This document shows, in pieces, positions 30,776 to 44,159 of a stretch of 64,000 nt of DNA. The notes under the pieces were generated by a model, which made no database searches, had not been told where the DNA came from, and worked only from the letters and a program-made list of their open reading frames with translations. Every line of letters starts with the position of its first letter. Position 1 is the first letter of the stretch. The position numbers and the translations under genes were made by a program. The stretch spans positions 155,744,001 to 155,808,000 of the forward strand of contig OZ024742.1 of assembly GCA_964016885.1 (NCBI GenBank), given 5' to 3'. The DNA is from Eledone cirrhosa. Lineage: Eukaryota.

Positions 30776-33008
30776 TTGCCGTCGCAGGTCGATGAAAAAA
30801 CAGAAGCACAATTTAGTATAGCTAGATCCGAACTTAGAAGTATTATAGAACAGTATAGCAAGAAGCATAATAGAATGGAGGCCCAGCAACTGGGAGAAAA
30901 TTCTGCAAATGGCTTGCGTAAGCTCATGCAGCGCTCGCGTAATGGAGAGATAGCATGCTTTCCAACAGACAAGTCTGGCAGAATGTCGGTTGACAGCCTG
31001 CCAAACTACATCCAGGCAATGCAACCCCACATCACTAACACAAGAGAGGTAACACCACAGGAGCATGAGGATAGAGAAAAAGCCCCCAATGCCCATATGG
31101 TGATGTGGACGAATATAATGCAGCCCAACAAAAGGACTGCCAACAACTTCCAGGCCTGGAACAATGACGTGCCGGCGTTGTATGGGCTTCGAAAAGACCA
31201 TAACACGGGCAGTGACCCTGTCGCAGGACCACCAACACGGCCAGTCTGTGGAGCTAACATTGCTAGTAACTACATACTGTCCTACTTCCTCTCCCTGATC
31301 TTACGCCCCATCATTGAAATGTCCCCAGATGTATGTGACATCACGGAGGACCTCCTCAGCAGAATCGGCGAGAGTAACCGATCTAGGGACCTAACAAACT
31401 GCATAATAGGTAGTATGGATGTTGTGTCCCTGTATCCATCTATTGACATGGATTTTGCTGTGGAGAAATTCGTAGAAATGATCAGTGAGAGCAATGTTGA
31501 GTTCCGTGGGATTGATACCAGTGAGCTGGGACTCCTACTTAAACTTACCTATAGTAATAATTACCTAGACACATATGACCTTAGCAACATGTGCCCTACA
31601 AGACCAGCAAGATGCAGACCACCTACCATTACCTCAATGGCCAAGAAAATCAACACAGAAAGATGGAACGGGTGGACCAGTGTCATACGGACACCCGAAA
31701 ACCACGATGAACTGAAGAAAATGATTGCACATGCGGTACGGGCCAGCATAAACTAACCCTTAAGGAACTAATGTTCAAATTTAATGGAAAAACATATGCC
31801 CAAGAGGAAGGAGCAGCCATTGGTGTTAGCATTGCAGGCGACATAGCTAACTTATTCATGGTATGGTGGGACAGTAGACTTAAACTTGAACTTAAAGAAC
31901 AATTAGAAGACCCCTTATCCCTGATAATGTACTCCCGCTACGTTGATGATATAAACATCGAAGTTAAGACACCCCCACTAGAGAACAGTCAGGAACTAGA
32001 GAAAAACACAATGGAAAGCATCAAGCAAATAGCTAACTCCATCCACCAGAGCATTAGAGTTACTATAGACTACCCAAGTAAACACCCCAACCATCGATTA
32101 CCTGTACTAGACACAGAGCTCTGGTTAGATACCATTATTAACAAAAACAAATCCTCCATTCCCATTATGCCAAACCCATGACTTCCAAACATCTGATACA
32201 CCGAAACTCGGCCGTTGCGGACCATACCAAAATCAACATACTGATTGCGGATTTGGTACGGGTGATGAGAAACGTGTCCCGCATGTGCAACCCCGAAGAA
32301 CTAGAGAGACACATACAACACTTCATCCACCGTATGCAGTTCTCTGGCTACAATCAGAGAGATAAAATCAGAGTGTATAGAGGAGCCAGAACCAAATGGG
32401 AAAAAATGGTAAATAATGACACAAATGGGACCTGCCGCTTGTATAGGAGCAAATTTTGGAATAGAATAGAAAGAACTAGGAACAAGGCTAATAGAATAAA
32501 CTCATGGTATGATAGCAATAAATACCAGAGTGTAATGTTCATCGATACAACCCCTAGAGGTGAATTAGCTTACAAATTTAGAAGGGCCCTAGATAAACAT
32601 AAACTCAATATTAAGATAGTAGAAAGACCAGGTACCTCCGTAAAAACACTTATTAGCAAGACATACCCTTTTCAAAGACCCTCATGTATAGATAAGAAAT
32701 GTATAACCTGTAAAATAAGCCCCCATATTAACTGTAAAACTAGAAATGTAGTGTATAGCATAAGATGTACTGAAGGACAATATAGAGACAAAAATATAGT
32801 GTACATAGGTGAGACAGCTCGTAGTGTAGGGGAACGGATAAATGAACACTGGCGAGACCTTCAAGATAGTAAAGAATCACCTGTACTCTACCAACATGCT
32901 AAAATAGAACACAAGGGTAAATTAGAGAACATAGAAATAAAAATAGAATCTACACACAGAAAAGACGCAATGTTTAGACAAATCACAGAGGCAATAAACA
33001 TAAAATAA
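30776..33008 (+). pseudogene. PLE RT-GIY-YIG polyprotein split by stop/frameshifts
   Basis: GSMDVVSLYPSI, QEEGAAIG, SRYVDD, LPVLD, QFSGY, NVVYSIRC...YIGETAR. Confidence 0.9.
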
Positions 33009-33522
33009 TTACAACCAAAATTAAATAGAAAATATGAGTGGAACAGCAACATCACAACTTACAATTAAGGACAAAATGAAAACACACACACACATAGATC
33101 AAACAACCAACCAGTAACATGTAAATAAACCAATACATAAATGAACATAAACACACACAGACACTCGGATGTGGCGCATGCGGAGACTGAGCACACAACA
33201 CACAAACAGAAACAAAATGGCGTAGGACAGAACAAAGGAGAGGCACAGAAACAAAGAGAGGAAACCCCAGTCTCTTAAGAGGTCACATAGTGTGTGACGA
33301 AAGAACTATGACAATATATAAACAACTATCTGGTGTGGAACCAACCAACCAACCAGAAATTTATAAATGTTTAAATTTATTATAAATTTATTATAATAAT
33401 TTGAAGTGAAAGCAACTGGTGCGTGTGTTTCTTATTGGCAACATGACCCTCCCAAAGTATAACAATATCGGTTTCAACACACGATTTCAGATAAAGAATC
33501 TTGCTAAACAAATTCAGAAACG

Positions 33523-33596
<74 letters not shown>

Positions 33597-33599
<3 letters not shown>

Positions 33600-33770
33600 T
33601 TTGTTTTGCAAGGTTTTTGATATGAAATTGGTGTGTTGAAACACATATTTTTATATTTAGGGAGGAACATATTGTTATAATGTTGTCAGAAGTAATAATT
33701 AAACATTGAGTGTGATCTATTATTATTTCTGGTAATATTATATCAATATGACCCTCTCCAAATATAAAAT
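33597..33770. mobile_element. Short fold-back related to PLE 3' termini (5149-5250, 33440-33520)
   Basis: GGGAGGAACATATTG... versus CAATATGACCCTCTCCAAAT. Confidence 0.55.
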
Positions 33771-34223
33771 TCGTCTCATTCTGACGTCATTACCCCTGTC
33801 TCCATGTGTGTTTATTAATTCAATTCCACACGAGGTTTGACTAGCATGCGTTTAATTTCCCCCTTGGCACGTTTTAGCTGTGGGTCTTAGTTAACGTTGT
33901 TGTGCACTACCGAGCAACGGTTCCAACCCTGACTAACCCCACTGAAACGTTTCGTGAATAGTCTTTTTAAGACTATATAGTGCATTTGTAGATTTTTTTC
34001 AAAATTGACGGATAAGTTTTTACTCTTAATTTTATTCTGAGTTAAGAATCTATTGGTTTTTTCCACAGATTACACAAAATATGTGGATAAAATTTCAGGT
34101 CTTGACTTGTTTTAAATCGGGATTAAATTATTTTCCCATATCTTAGGTTAAATATTTTTCATCTTGGCGTAATAGTCGCTTATATGTCTGAATTACTTTT
34201 GGCTTCTTAATTTCTCTATTTTC

Positions 34224-34325
<102 letters not shown>

Positions 34326-34384
34326 ATAATAATAAATTTGAAGATTTAAATCCAAAGAGTGCTCGATAAGGATAAATATATATC

Positions 34385-36060
34385 AAATATGTAAGAACCG
34401 TAAACCAAATATTTATTAAAATAACAGATTAGTGTTTAAGCAAAGAATCGCTGCTTTCACCCTTAACGGACCTTCTGAAATAAAAAAAAGTCAATGTGTG
34501 AACGCAGAAGTAAATATTTCAAAAAATGTTGCAACTGAAGGAACACATGAAGACGATACTTTGGTTCGTGGAAATGTTCCCTGGCAAAGAAAGAAAAAAA
34601 CGAAGATAATACGTCATTATTTGGTGCGGTGAAAACAATTACACGCAACGACAAAACCACGTTTATGGTATAAATGAAGTCTTAGACTAATATTCTATTA
34701 GGTAGTTTATAGAGACGTTCTCTGGCAATGAAAAGAAAAAACGAAGATAATACGTCATTATGTGGAGCGGTGAGAACTATTACACGCAAATACAAAACCA
34801 CGTAAACGGTATAACTGAAGTCGTAGACTAAAATTCTATTTAGGAAACCGAATGATTCTCCGCTTCAGAGTTAAGAATAAAGTAAATAAAATACAGAGGT
34901 AATTGAAATTAAATATATACATACACGCATCCATATACGTACGTACACAAGCATACGCAAAAGATCTCGCCATGGGTATGAAAATACAAGCACGTACACA
35001 AAAAATAAACCCCACGCACATACAGAACCTACGCAACGCCTGTACCCGCACACATACGAACGTATAAACCAAATACACATAAAAATATATATACAAATAT
35101 ATATATGTGTATGTGTGCTCGTGTATACATAATATATATAAATATACATACATACATACCAGCGTGTAAATACACATATGATCGCGGACGAACGTCAACC
35201 AAAACACAAAGTACACATACACATACGCCCTACATACGTACGAACCCACAAACTCACACAGACGCAAAACTCACATATACACATAATCAAATGCAGATGT
35301 ACCAGTATATATAATATATACGCCATAACAAATACAAGCAAATATACCTACGAGGAAGTATACGTACCTTCACAAAACATACAGGTAATATATACTTACG
35401 TATACAAATAAGTAATGGTATAAACATAACATATACTTAGCTACCACATGAAGACGTAAAATATTCGCGTATAGTTCGTACTATCCGTAAGGTATAATGT
35501 GGGGCTGAAATTCAGGAAAGTTTGTTCAATTTATGTTTACAAGCCGAAATTGCCTTAGATTTTTTGTTTAAGATGTGGTCTTTGGCGTAGAGTATTTCTA
35601 AGGCCTCAGCAGCGCAGAGGTCACGTGTTCTTTTATTTCCGTTAAACGATCTATCCTTAGCTTGGATCTCCCGGTACAATTTATAGTGGGTGTGGTTGTC
35701 TTTTAGACTCCAGATATAAGTTGAAAGTGACGTCATATAACATCTTAAAGCGTTAAAAAAAGAATGGGAATGCAATAGGATTTCAGAATACAACATCATT
35801 TATACCATAAACGTGGTTTTGTTTTTGCGTGTAATTGTTCTCACCACTCCACATAATGACGTATTATCTTTGTTTTTTTTTCGTTCTTTGCCAGGGAACG
35901 TTTCGACGAACCAAAGTTACGTCTTCCTGTCTTCCTTCGGTTGCAAAGGTTTTTGAAATATTTATTTCTGCGTTCACAGATTGTGTTTTTAGTTTCAGAA
36001 GATCCCGTTAAGGGTGTAAGCGATTCTTTGCTTAAACGTTAATCTGTTATTTTAATAAGT
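34385..36060 (-). mobile_element. Degenerate PLE-derived element with ~270-bp terminal inverted repeats and GIY-YIG C-terminal remnant
   Basis: ~34411-34678 mirrors ~35795-36059; TSLSTYIWSLK...DLCAAEALEIL...LNKKSKAISACKHK at 35512-35780. Confidence 0.7.
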
Positions 36061-36494
36061 ATATATATATATACATATATAAAGAAATACGGTTTTAGGA
36101 AGCCGCAGCAATGCAAACACCGCCCTGCTGGTGTCCAGCAGAAGCAAGAGGGACATCCGTCTATGCATCTCAGGCTTGACTAGCCTTTGTCAGGACGGTC
36201 TCTCTCGCCGCTTACTACTGCTGGACTTGAAAACAGTCAAGAATATATAGTTTTCTGGTCTGTGTAAATGAGGTGATTAATCTCATTTGCATATGAAGCT
36301 GTATAAGTTGGCTCAATTTCTATACATATTGTATAAAACTATGGTTGAGGCGAAATCCTATTTCTTTTCTATTATAAGTTCAGCCAACTTATAAACCTAC
36401 ATATGCAACTGAGGTTAATCACCTCATTTTCACAGACGAGAAAACTATATATTCTCGACTGTTTTCAAGTTCAGCAGTAGCCAGCGGTGGGAGG

Positions 36495-36540
36495 GATCAT
36501 CCTGATGAAGGCCAGTAAAGCCTGAAATGCATAGACCGTT
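36495..36540 (+). ncRNA. Minimal type I HHR
   Basis: CTGATGA-AGGC-CAGTAAA-GCCT-GAAA-TGCA-TA-GAC. Confidence 0.75.
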
Positions 36541-36810
36541 GTCCCCCTCGCTTCGGCTGGACACCACCAGGGGGAGATAGCCCCCGGTATTTGCATAGCT
36601 ACGGCTTCCTAAAGCCGTATTTCTTTAGAAACACGATATTTCTCTATATAGTGTATAAAGCTATGCTTGAAGCGAAATCTTATTTCTTTTCTATGATAAG
36701 TTGAGCCAACTTATACAGCTTCATATGCAAATGAGATTAATCACCTCATTTACACAGACTAGAAAACTATATATTCTCGACTGTTTTCAAGTCCAGCAAA
36801 CGGTGTGAGG

Positions 36811-36856
36811 GACCGACCTGACGAAGGCCAATCAAGCCTGAAATGCATAGACGGTG
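36811..36856 (+). ncRNA. Minimal type I HHR
   Basis: CCGAC-CTGACGA-AGGC-CAATCAA-GCCT-GAAA-TGCA-TA-GACGG. Confidence 0.75.
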
Positions 36857-37776
36857 GTCCCCATTGCTTCTTTTGGACACCAACAAAGGATGTTTGCATA
36901 GCTACGGCTACATGAAATCGTATTTCTTTAGAAATACTAAATTTCTATACATATTGTATAAAGCTATGCTTGAATTGAAATCTTAATTCTTATATATATA
37001 TTTTCTTTTCTTTTGTGTACTTTATGTCTGTTTTTCTTTGATTTTGTTCCATGTGATGGAAATTAGGACTGTGTACCGGATTGACTAATGCCTGGAGCCC
37101 TGTAGTTATAATGTACGGCACTGTCGTTCAATATGTGGATAGAGTAACTGTGACACAAGAATCCCTCTCAGAACATATTACTTAAACATCTCTCTCCATA
37201 TTATTTACTCACTTCAGTCTATATTTTTACTCACCTCGATCCGAATTATCACCTGAAAATAATTTTTTTAATTTTTTTTAATTCTTTTTTTAATTCTTTA
37301 ATTTCTAATTGTTAATTTCTTAATTGTTTAATTTATAATTTCTGATATTTGATTTAGGATTTTAATTTTTATTTCCATCTCTCACTCTTAACTTCCAACG
37401 TAAAACCATGATACCTAGAATTAAGTTTACCGTAACGCTTAGTGAGGGGTAGTTTATATGACCTGTAAAACCTAACACTCTCCCATCGCCTCTGGCTCTC
37501 GGCTGACTGCCACAGCCGTGATGGGTAGCAGTAAAATATGGTACAGGCATTGGTGGGCCATTGTTTTGGCTGACAGGATGAACTGACTAAGCAAATTTCG
37601 TTGAAATATGTGGTGGCTAATGGTCAACTTCCTTCGGACATGTGCTTGCGCAGGCCGGTGGGGGTGAATTGGTACTCACAAGGGAGCGGATGAAAAACCC
37701 CAAAACACGCAATTCATCCGTTCCCATATCGATCCAATTTGGATTGCCTCGGAAACATAACCTTATTATGTAATAA

Positions 37777-37850
37777 GCTGTCTGATGATGACACGACACT
37801 CGCGCACAGAACAGTGTGGCCAGTGTTGTCACTGAAATATATATCACAGC
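37777..37850 (+). ncRNA. Type I HHR
   Basis: GCTGT-CTGATGA-TGACA...TGTCA-CT-GAAA-TATATA-TC-ACAGC. Confidence 0.75.
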
Positions 37851-39048
37851 ATTATTATTAAAGGACTTGAACATCTGAAACTACTTCGCTTTTCCTTATT
37901 TGATATTTACTCCGTCACTCCTATGTGGAAAAAGTACGTTGAGTGCTTGAATTGAATTGCATCAATATTTACCCTAATAATTTAGCTCCAATTAGTTGAG
38001 CGCTTTACGATGTAACCGATATGGTGGAGAAGAGGGGAACCAACCATAAGCTACCCCGGAAATTCCCTCTACCATGGGGATGGAAACCACTTACACTGGA
38101 CGGACATATTAGTAACTTTCGGCAGGATAAATACGCGGAAACAAATAATAGGATAAACTCCTATTTTCCTGCACCAAATCGCATTTGAACAGAGGCCCCC
38201 TCAATTCAATCTATACATGGACAGATGGACAATCATATGGATCATTTTGCATATATGTAGTCTGTGTTTTTGCATTTATTCACTATTCGTTCTGTTCTTT
38301 TCTTTTGTGTACTTTATGTCTGTTTTTCTTTGATTTTGTTCCATGTGATGGAAATTAGGACTGTGTACCAGATTCACTAATGCCTGGAGCCCTGTAGTTA
38401 TAATGTACGGCACTGTCGTTCAATATATGGATAGAGTAACTGTTACACTAGAATCCCTCTCAGAACATATTACTTAAACATCTCTCTCCATATTATTTAC
38501 ACACCTCAATCCGAATTATCACCTGAAAATATTTTTTTAAATTCTTTTTTTAATTCTTTAATTTCTAATTGTTTATTTCTTAATTGTTTAATTTATAATT
38601 TCTGATATTTGATTTAGGATTTTAATTTTTATTTCCAACTCTCACTCTTAACTTCCAAGGTAAAACCATGATACCTAGAATAAGTTTATTTTCCATTATA
38701 AGGTGATGGTCAGTCGTACCGTCAACGCTTAGTGAGGGAAAAACTAACACTCTCCCATCCCCTCTGGCTCTCGGCTGACTGCCACAGCCGTGACGGGTAG
38801 CAGTAAAATATGGTATAGGCATTGGTGGGCCATTGTTTTGGGTGACAGGGTGAACTGACTAAGCAAATTTCGTTGAAATATGCGGTGGCTAATGGTCAAA
38901 TTCCTTCGGACATGCGCTTGCGCAGGCGGGTGGGGATGAATTGGTACTCACAAGGGAGCGGATGAAAAACCCCAAAACACGCAATTCATCCGTTCCCATG
39001 TCGATCCAATTTGGATTGCCTCGGAAACATAACCTTATTATGTAATAA

Positions 39049-39122
39049 GCTGTCTGATGATGACACGACACTCGCACACAGAACAGTGTGGCCAGTGTTG
39101 TCACTGAAATATATATCACAGC
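39049..39122 (+). ncRNA. Type I HHR (second repeat)
   Basis: Core and stem I identical to 37777-37850. Confidence 0.75.
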
Positions 39123-39245
39123 ATTATTATTAAAGGACTTGAACATCTGAAACTACTTCGCTTTTCCTTATTTGATATTTACTCCGTCACTCCTATGTGG
39201 AAAAAGTACGTTGAATGCTTGAATTGAATTGCATCAATATTTACC

Positions 39246-39339
<94 letters not shown>

Positions 39340-39557
39340 AGTGGAAGGTTAGTAGAATCGAAGTTATGGCGGTGTCCAAGAGAACGGGTTAAAATTAGTT
39401 TTGCACAAACCACAACAAAGTGGATATAGCTGTCGAAATCGCCGGAGGTCAGCCGTTGGGGACTTGACTCTTTTCCTATTAACCACTCTACTACCCTAAT
39501 TATCGAGTGCTCTGATCCGTTATGTTTGACCTGGTCACTTACCACACATTCTTTGTT
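39340..39557 (+). mobile_element. Diverged family-A 3' tail fragment in (TA)n
   Basis: GCTGTCGAAA...CCTATTAACCACTCTACTACCCTAA...TTACCACA resembles 3445-3570. Confidence 0.6.
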
Positions 39558-39561
39558 ATAT

Positions 39562-39681
<120 letters not shown>

Positions 39682-39824
39682 ATTAAAATACTGGAGCGTG
39701 TTGGAGTTAAACACCCTCTTCGTATTATAGAAATGACAGTAAAAGGTATAGCTCAATGCAGTTAAACAGAGCCAAAAAATTAAGAGAGTAAAACAAAGAA
39801 GCCTTTAATACATCAAAAGTTTTT

Positions 39825-39872
39825 ATTAGCCGACAATGTTTCGTCCTATTAAGGACTCATCAGTGCAATTAA
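39825..39872 (-). ncRNA. Minimal HHR
   Basis: CTGATGA-GTCCT-TAAT-AGGAC-GAAA-CATTG-TC; stem I imperfect. Confidence 0.7.
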
Positions 39873-41734
39873 AACAACAAGAAGTAATATCGGCAGATAC
39901 AAGCCGGAAGCTCCGAAGAATATGGAGTGTACATACACTAAAGTCTTGCAAAAATATATAATAAAAATAATAAAAATATATAATAAGAATAACTAAGGAT
40001 GTATATAACATTAAGAACCATATTACAAATATAGTCCAAGCAAATAACCTAGAGCTAAACAAAGGTGGTTATATAGAGCAGGAATTATATATAACACAAT
40101 GTAATATAATATAATACATTATAATAATATACCTTTGCCAACATTAAAATTACAATAAAAATCAAAAGGTACAATATGCACATGTATATATGTACGCACA
40201 CGCACACACACACACACATACAACAATACGCACATCTATCATCAACTACACAAATTAAACCTTATTAGGAGTTTGAATATAAAAATAAGCATGATAAGAG
40301 TGAAAATAATAATAATAATAATACCAATACATCTACCCAATATACATGAGGTAATAATTTAATATAATTACAAGAAATACATATAATAAATAATAAACAA
40401 TAAAATTATATAATTCAATATAATAGATAATCCCCGGTTAATTTACACAAACAATATAGATGTCACAATAATAATATAATAATAATATATATTAACAATG
40501 TACTAACATTTACAATAAACAATATATACAAATCGATTCATACTGGGTTACAGAGTAAATGAGGAAAAATAAATTATACAATGCTCAAAAAACATTATGA
40601 TGGTACAGAAAAACATACAGACATCATACATGATATATAAAGTTTAAATATCATAATGTTACATATAATGAACAGTAAGTAATAAGGATCAATATTACAA
40701 TACAATATAATATAATATATTATATAAAATAAATTGACATAAAATAATATATAAATAATATATAAATACTTATAATTACAAGGTTAGTAGACAGACATAT
40801 GTGGATGTGTAAGTAAGTGCCAGACAGTGGATAGTAAATAGTAAATATGATGCCCAGTAGTATTTCAAATAAAATATAGAATATAAAATATAGAATAAAA
40901 TAAATAAATATAATCAACCGGAAATTACAAAACAAATACAAATATATACATTTAGGTCTCACATGCGGTTAAGTAGTAAGGTAAAAACTAAGGAAAACAA
41001 TCCCTGTAAATGACTCAAAACCCTATTTGATAAATTAATATTAAAAAATATTTAAGCTATCCAATAAGGTAGTATAATATTAGCTATAGTTTAAGTCATT
41101 AAAGTTTATAAACTTTAATGTTTCGTTACAAACGTTTACAAAAAGGAATGAAATTTTTTACTATCATATACATAACGATATCTAAAAAAACTGACTTAAG
41201 TAGAATTAAGGTAGGCTAATGGGGACAGAATTGAAGAAATATATGGAGGATGCAAAGGGGCATAAAATATAGTCGATATAATATAATAAATAATAGAACG
41301 GAGCGTAAAAGAGGGGGGGCGGGGTTAAATATAATCATAGTCAATTTGGAGGGGTTGACAATAAGTTTATGTGCGCATGGGGGGAGGTGGGAGGGGGGGT
41401 ATCCAAAAATGAATCTGAATAAAAATAAAAATAAAAATAAAAATAAAATTAAAAATAAAATTAAAAATAAAAATAAAAATAAAAATAAAAATAAAAATAA
41501 AAATGAAGATAATAATAAAATAAAGTAAATGGCGTAAAGTATGTAATCTTATATATATTCACAAGGTGTAATAGGGAAAATTTAATGCGTAAGAAGACAG
41601 ATATGGTACAGTAGCCAAATGATTAAGAGAGCTAGAATAAAGAGTCATCAAAAACCAATGATAATAATGATGATAATAATAATGTTGGCAAACAAAAGAA
41701 CCTAAACTAAAAAATAAGTAATGGAATATATCTG

Positions 41735-42994
41735 CTAATGGGTACAATTTGTACTACTAGAACATTTGGGTTTATAATAAAAGTAAGAATTAGAAATAGC
41801 GTGGGGGCAAGAAGAGAATATCTCAGACTTTCTATTAAGTAAGGATACGCTAGAGAAAATTATAGAGTGTGTCTCAAGGATACAGAGATTACAAAACTTA
41901 GTATGTGTAGAAAGGTGGTTAGAGCGTGCTACTAAACGCCAGTTAAGGCTATATGGTATATAAGCTCCCTTAAGATCCCAGATATAATGTGCTAAAGAAG
42001 TAGAATTCTTAAACTTAACATGTTTGAAGTTAGAGATATGAGAGTTAAACCTCGTCTTAAAAGTGTTTGAAGTAGATCCTATATAAGTTCTATTAGAGGA
42101 ATTAGTTATAACTTCGCAAGCGTAGACAATGTTCTTAGAAAGGCAGTTACCGTTTAAAGGGCAGTTAGCACTCACTCTACAATTGCACTTCCGGGTGTTA
42201 TTGGTTGGCTCGAGTGGTGATGTATTACACGTAGGGTTTCTATTAGATAAGGACTGTTCTTGTGGTAAAGCCTTGTCAGATCTGTTCAGACTAGTAGTAT
42301 GTAGAGAGGAGAATCCATCCCTAATTTTCCTCTTATTAGTGCTAGCTAAATGAGAACTAATATTACGGGTGGTAGAGAATGAGAGTTTAATAACATTTTT
42401 ATTAAAAATACTATGGTATTTATGAGAAGGGGGGAAATTTTTCTCTAAGATAGTGAAGAAAGACCTAGGGCTATTAGTTGATACATCCTGATTATATGGC
42501 GGGTTAAAATAGGTATTTAATCGCCTTCTATTTTTATTCTTACCGACCCTACCTTTATCAAATGTCCCACCATCGAGACTAGGGTTACTACAAGGATTAG
42601 TTAAAGCCACATTCATAGAATCAGCCATAATTTCGTTATGTCTATTATAGTTTCTACCTCCAGTAGATCTGCTGCTGTCCGGAATCCCTTCAAAATGATT
42701 AGGGCCAATGATAGGATCAGTAGGAGCAACATTATTAGAATAAGATCCAGCAAAACCATCACCAATGTGTGACCGCACAGGGGGTTCAACTTGTTTCCTA
42801 GAGGTATTATATTTGCTATTACGAGTCCGGTGGGTTACCTTATGGATGGGTTCGGATACACCTATATAATTTTTACGGTTACTATATTTGCTACTCCCAT
42901 TCATGGCCATGTTATGTGATATTATGTTATTATTGTTAAAAGTAAGCTTCATATCATGTCTCCCTATTTTATCTGATGAGAACGCAAATATCAT
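41735..42994 (-). CDS. Uninterrupted 419-aa ORF: PLE-type GIY-YIG endonuclease with Cys-rich knuckle, no RT
   Basis: YFNPPY...LSFSTT...CNC....CPLNGNC...NIVY.C...YIGST...FKTRF..H...CNLCILE...LLNRKSE...CPH; start codon uncertain. Confidence 0.8.
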   Translation of the reverse strand: MIFAFSSDKIGRHDMKLTFNNNNIISHNMAMNGSSKYSNRKNYIGVSEPIHKVTHRTRNSKYNTSRKQVEPPVRSHIGDGFAGSYSNNVAPTDPIIGPNHFEGIPDSSRSTGGRNYNRHNEIMADSMNVALTNPCSNPSLDGGTFDKGRVGKNKNRRRLNTYFNPPYNQDVSTNSPRSFFTILEKNFPPSHKYHSIFNKNVIKLSFSTTRNISSHLASTNKRKIRDGFSSLHTTSLNRSDKALPQEQSLSNRNPTCNTSPLEPTNNTRKCNCRVSANCPLNGNCLSKNIVYACEVITNSSNRTYIGSTSNTFKTRFNSHISNFKHVKFKNSTSLAHYIWDLKGAYIPYSLNWRLVARSNHLSTHTKFCNLCILETHSIIFSSVSLLNRKSEIFSSCPHAISNSYFYYKPKCSSSTNCTH

Positions 42995-43035
42995 CCCATG
43001 ATGATATTTGTTTTTGAAATGCGCATAATAAAATA
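42965..43035 (+). ncRNA. Type I HHR antisense to the ORF start (copy on - strand ~43240-43312)
   Basis: TATTTTAT-CTGATGA-GAACGCAAATATCAT...ATGATATTTGTTTTT-GAAA-TGCGCA-TA-ATAAAATA; 8-bp stem I. Confidence 0.8.
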
Positions 43036-43063
43036 CTTGGAACTCTTTTAACCATGTTTTGAT

Positions 43064-43111
<48 letters not shown>

Positions 43112-43160
43112 TATATATATATATATATATATACAATATTAAATAAATGGAAACTATATT

Positions 43161-43194
<34 letters not shown>

Positions 43195-43207
43195 TATATA
43201 TATATAA

Positions 43208-43437
43208 TATAAGATCAAAACATGGTTAAAAGCGTTCCAAGTGTTTTATTATGCGCATTTCAAAAACAAATATCATCATGGGATGATATTTGCGTTCTCA
43301 TCAGATAAAATAGGGAGACATGATATGAAGCTTAAAAATCACTTGCGAGCAGTGAAGTGTTAAATCAACATGATGATATTTGTTTTTGAAATGAGCATAA
43401 TAAAATACTTGGTACTCTTTTAACCATCTTTTGATTT
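43208..43437. mobile_element. Fold-back of the 42945-43068 HHR cassette
   Basis: 43208-43333 is the reverse complement of 42945-43068; partial + copy 43369-43437. Confidence 0.75.
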
Positions 43438-43636
43438 TTTGCCTTTCATCCTTACGGGGTCGATAAAATAAAGTACCAGTAATGTACTGGTTAATTGCTG
43501 GCCTTGTTCCTAAAGTAGAAACAATTATTTATTTTGATCTTTTATTATTTATACTCCAGTCCTATATTCTGTTGAGCGCTACTTATCCGATATTTGCATT
43601 GCTTTATTGTGCTACAATAAAACTCACCGCCTACAT

Positions 43637-43709
<73 letters not shown>

Positions 43710-43712
<3 letters not shown>

Positions 43713-44141
43713 AAAGAATAGAGGTGTAACACACAAGTTATTAATTATTGGTAAACGGAATAGAAAATGCTGACAAATTGTTCACAGTTGAAAAATGGTT
43801 TAATTAGGAATAAAAGAGTATTAGTGATTGTATGGGTTAGTATTCAGTTGTTGTTTTAAGTTTTTAAGTTTTTACCGGTTGCGCATTTGTAAATGCTTTT
43901 CAAAAATAATTTTGAGATAGAGTGTCCGTGCTGTTTGCTCGGATCCGAGCAAACAGCACGGACACTCTATCTCAAAATTATTTTTGAAAAGCATTTAGAA
44001 ATGCGCAACCGGTAAAAACTTAAAAACTTAAAACAACAACTGAATACTAACCCATACAATCACTAATACTCTTTTATTCCTAATTAAACCATTTTTCAAC
44101 TGTGAACAATTTGTCAGCATTTTCTATTCCGTTTACCAATA
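43710..44141. mobile_element. Fold-back (centre CTCGGATCCGAG ~43944) of the 3' end of the PLE family at 26562
   Basis: Near-perfect ~200-bp arms; GCAA-variant HHR at 43980-44018. Confidence 0.8.
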
Positions 44142-44159
44142 TATATATATATATATATA

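Larger units (their letters stand above)
36082..36985 (+). mobile_element. Retrozyme-like array: two tandem ~316-bp HHR units plus one inverted partial unit
   Basis: Units ~36320-36640 and ~36640-36985; inverted copy 36082-36320. Confidence 0.75.
37003..39250 (+). mobile_element. Non-coding retrozyme-like element: two ~960-bp direct repeats, each with an HHR, and a ~320-bp spacer
   Basis: 37003-37978 matches 38295-39250; no recognisable ORF; (TA)n flanks. Confidence 0.75.

Noticed and set aside
34540-34585. HHR-like GAAGACG...CGTGGAAATGTTC (mirror ~35895-35930)
   Set aside because: CUGA core is mutated in both copies; at most a decayed remnant
41418-41525. (AAAAAT)n giving an NK-repeat ORF
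   Set aside because: Simple repeat in the element's 3' non-coding region
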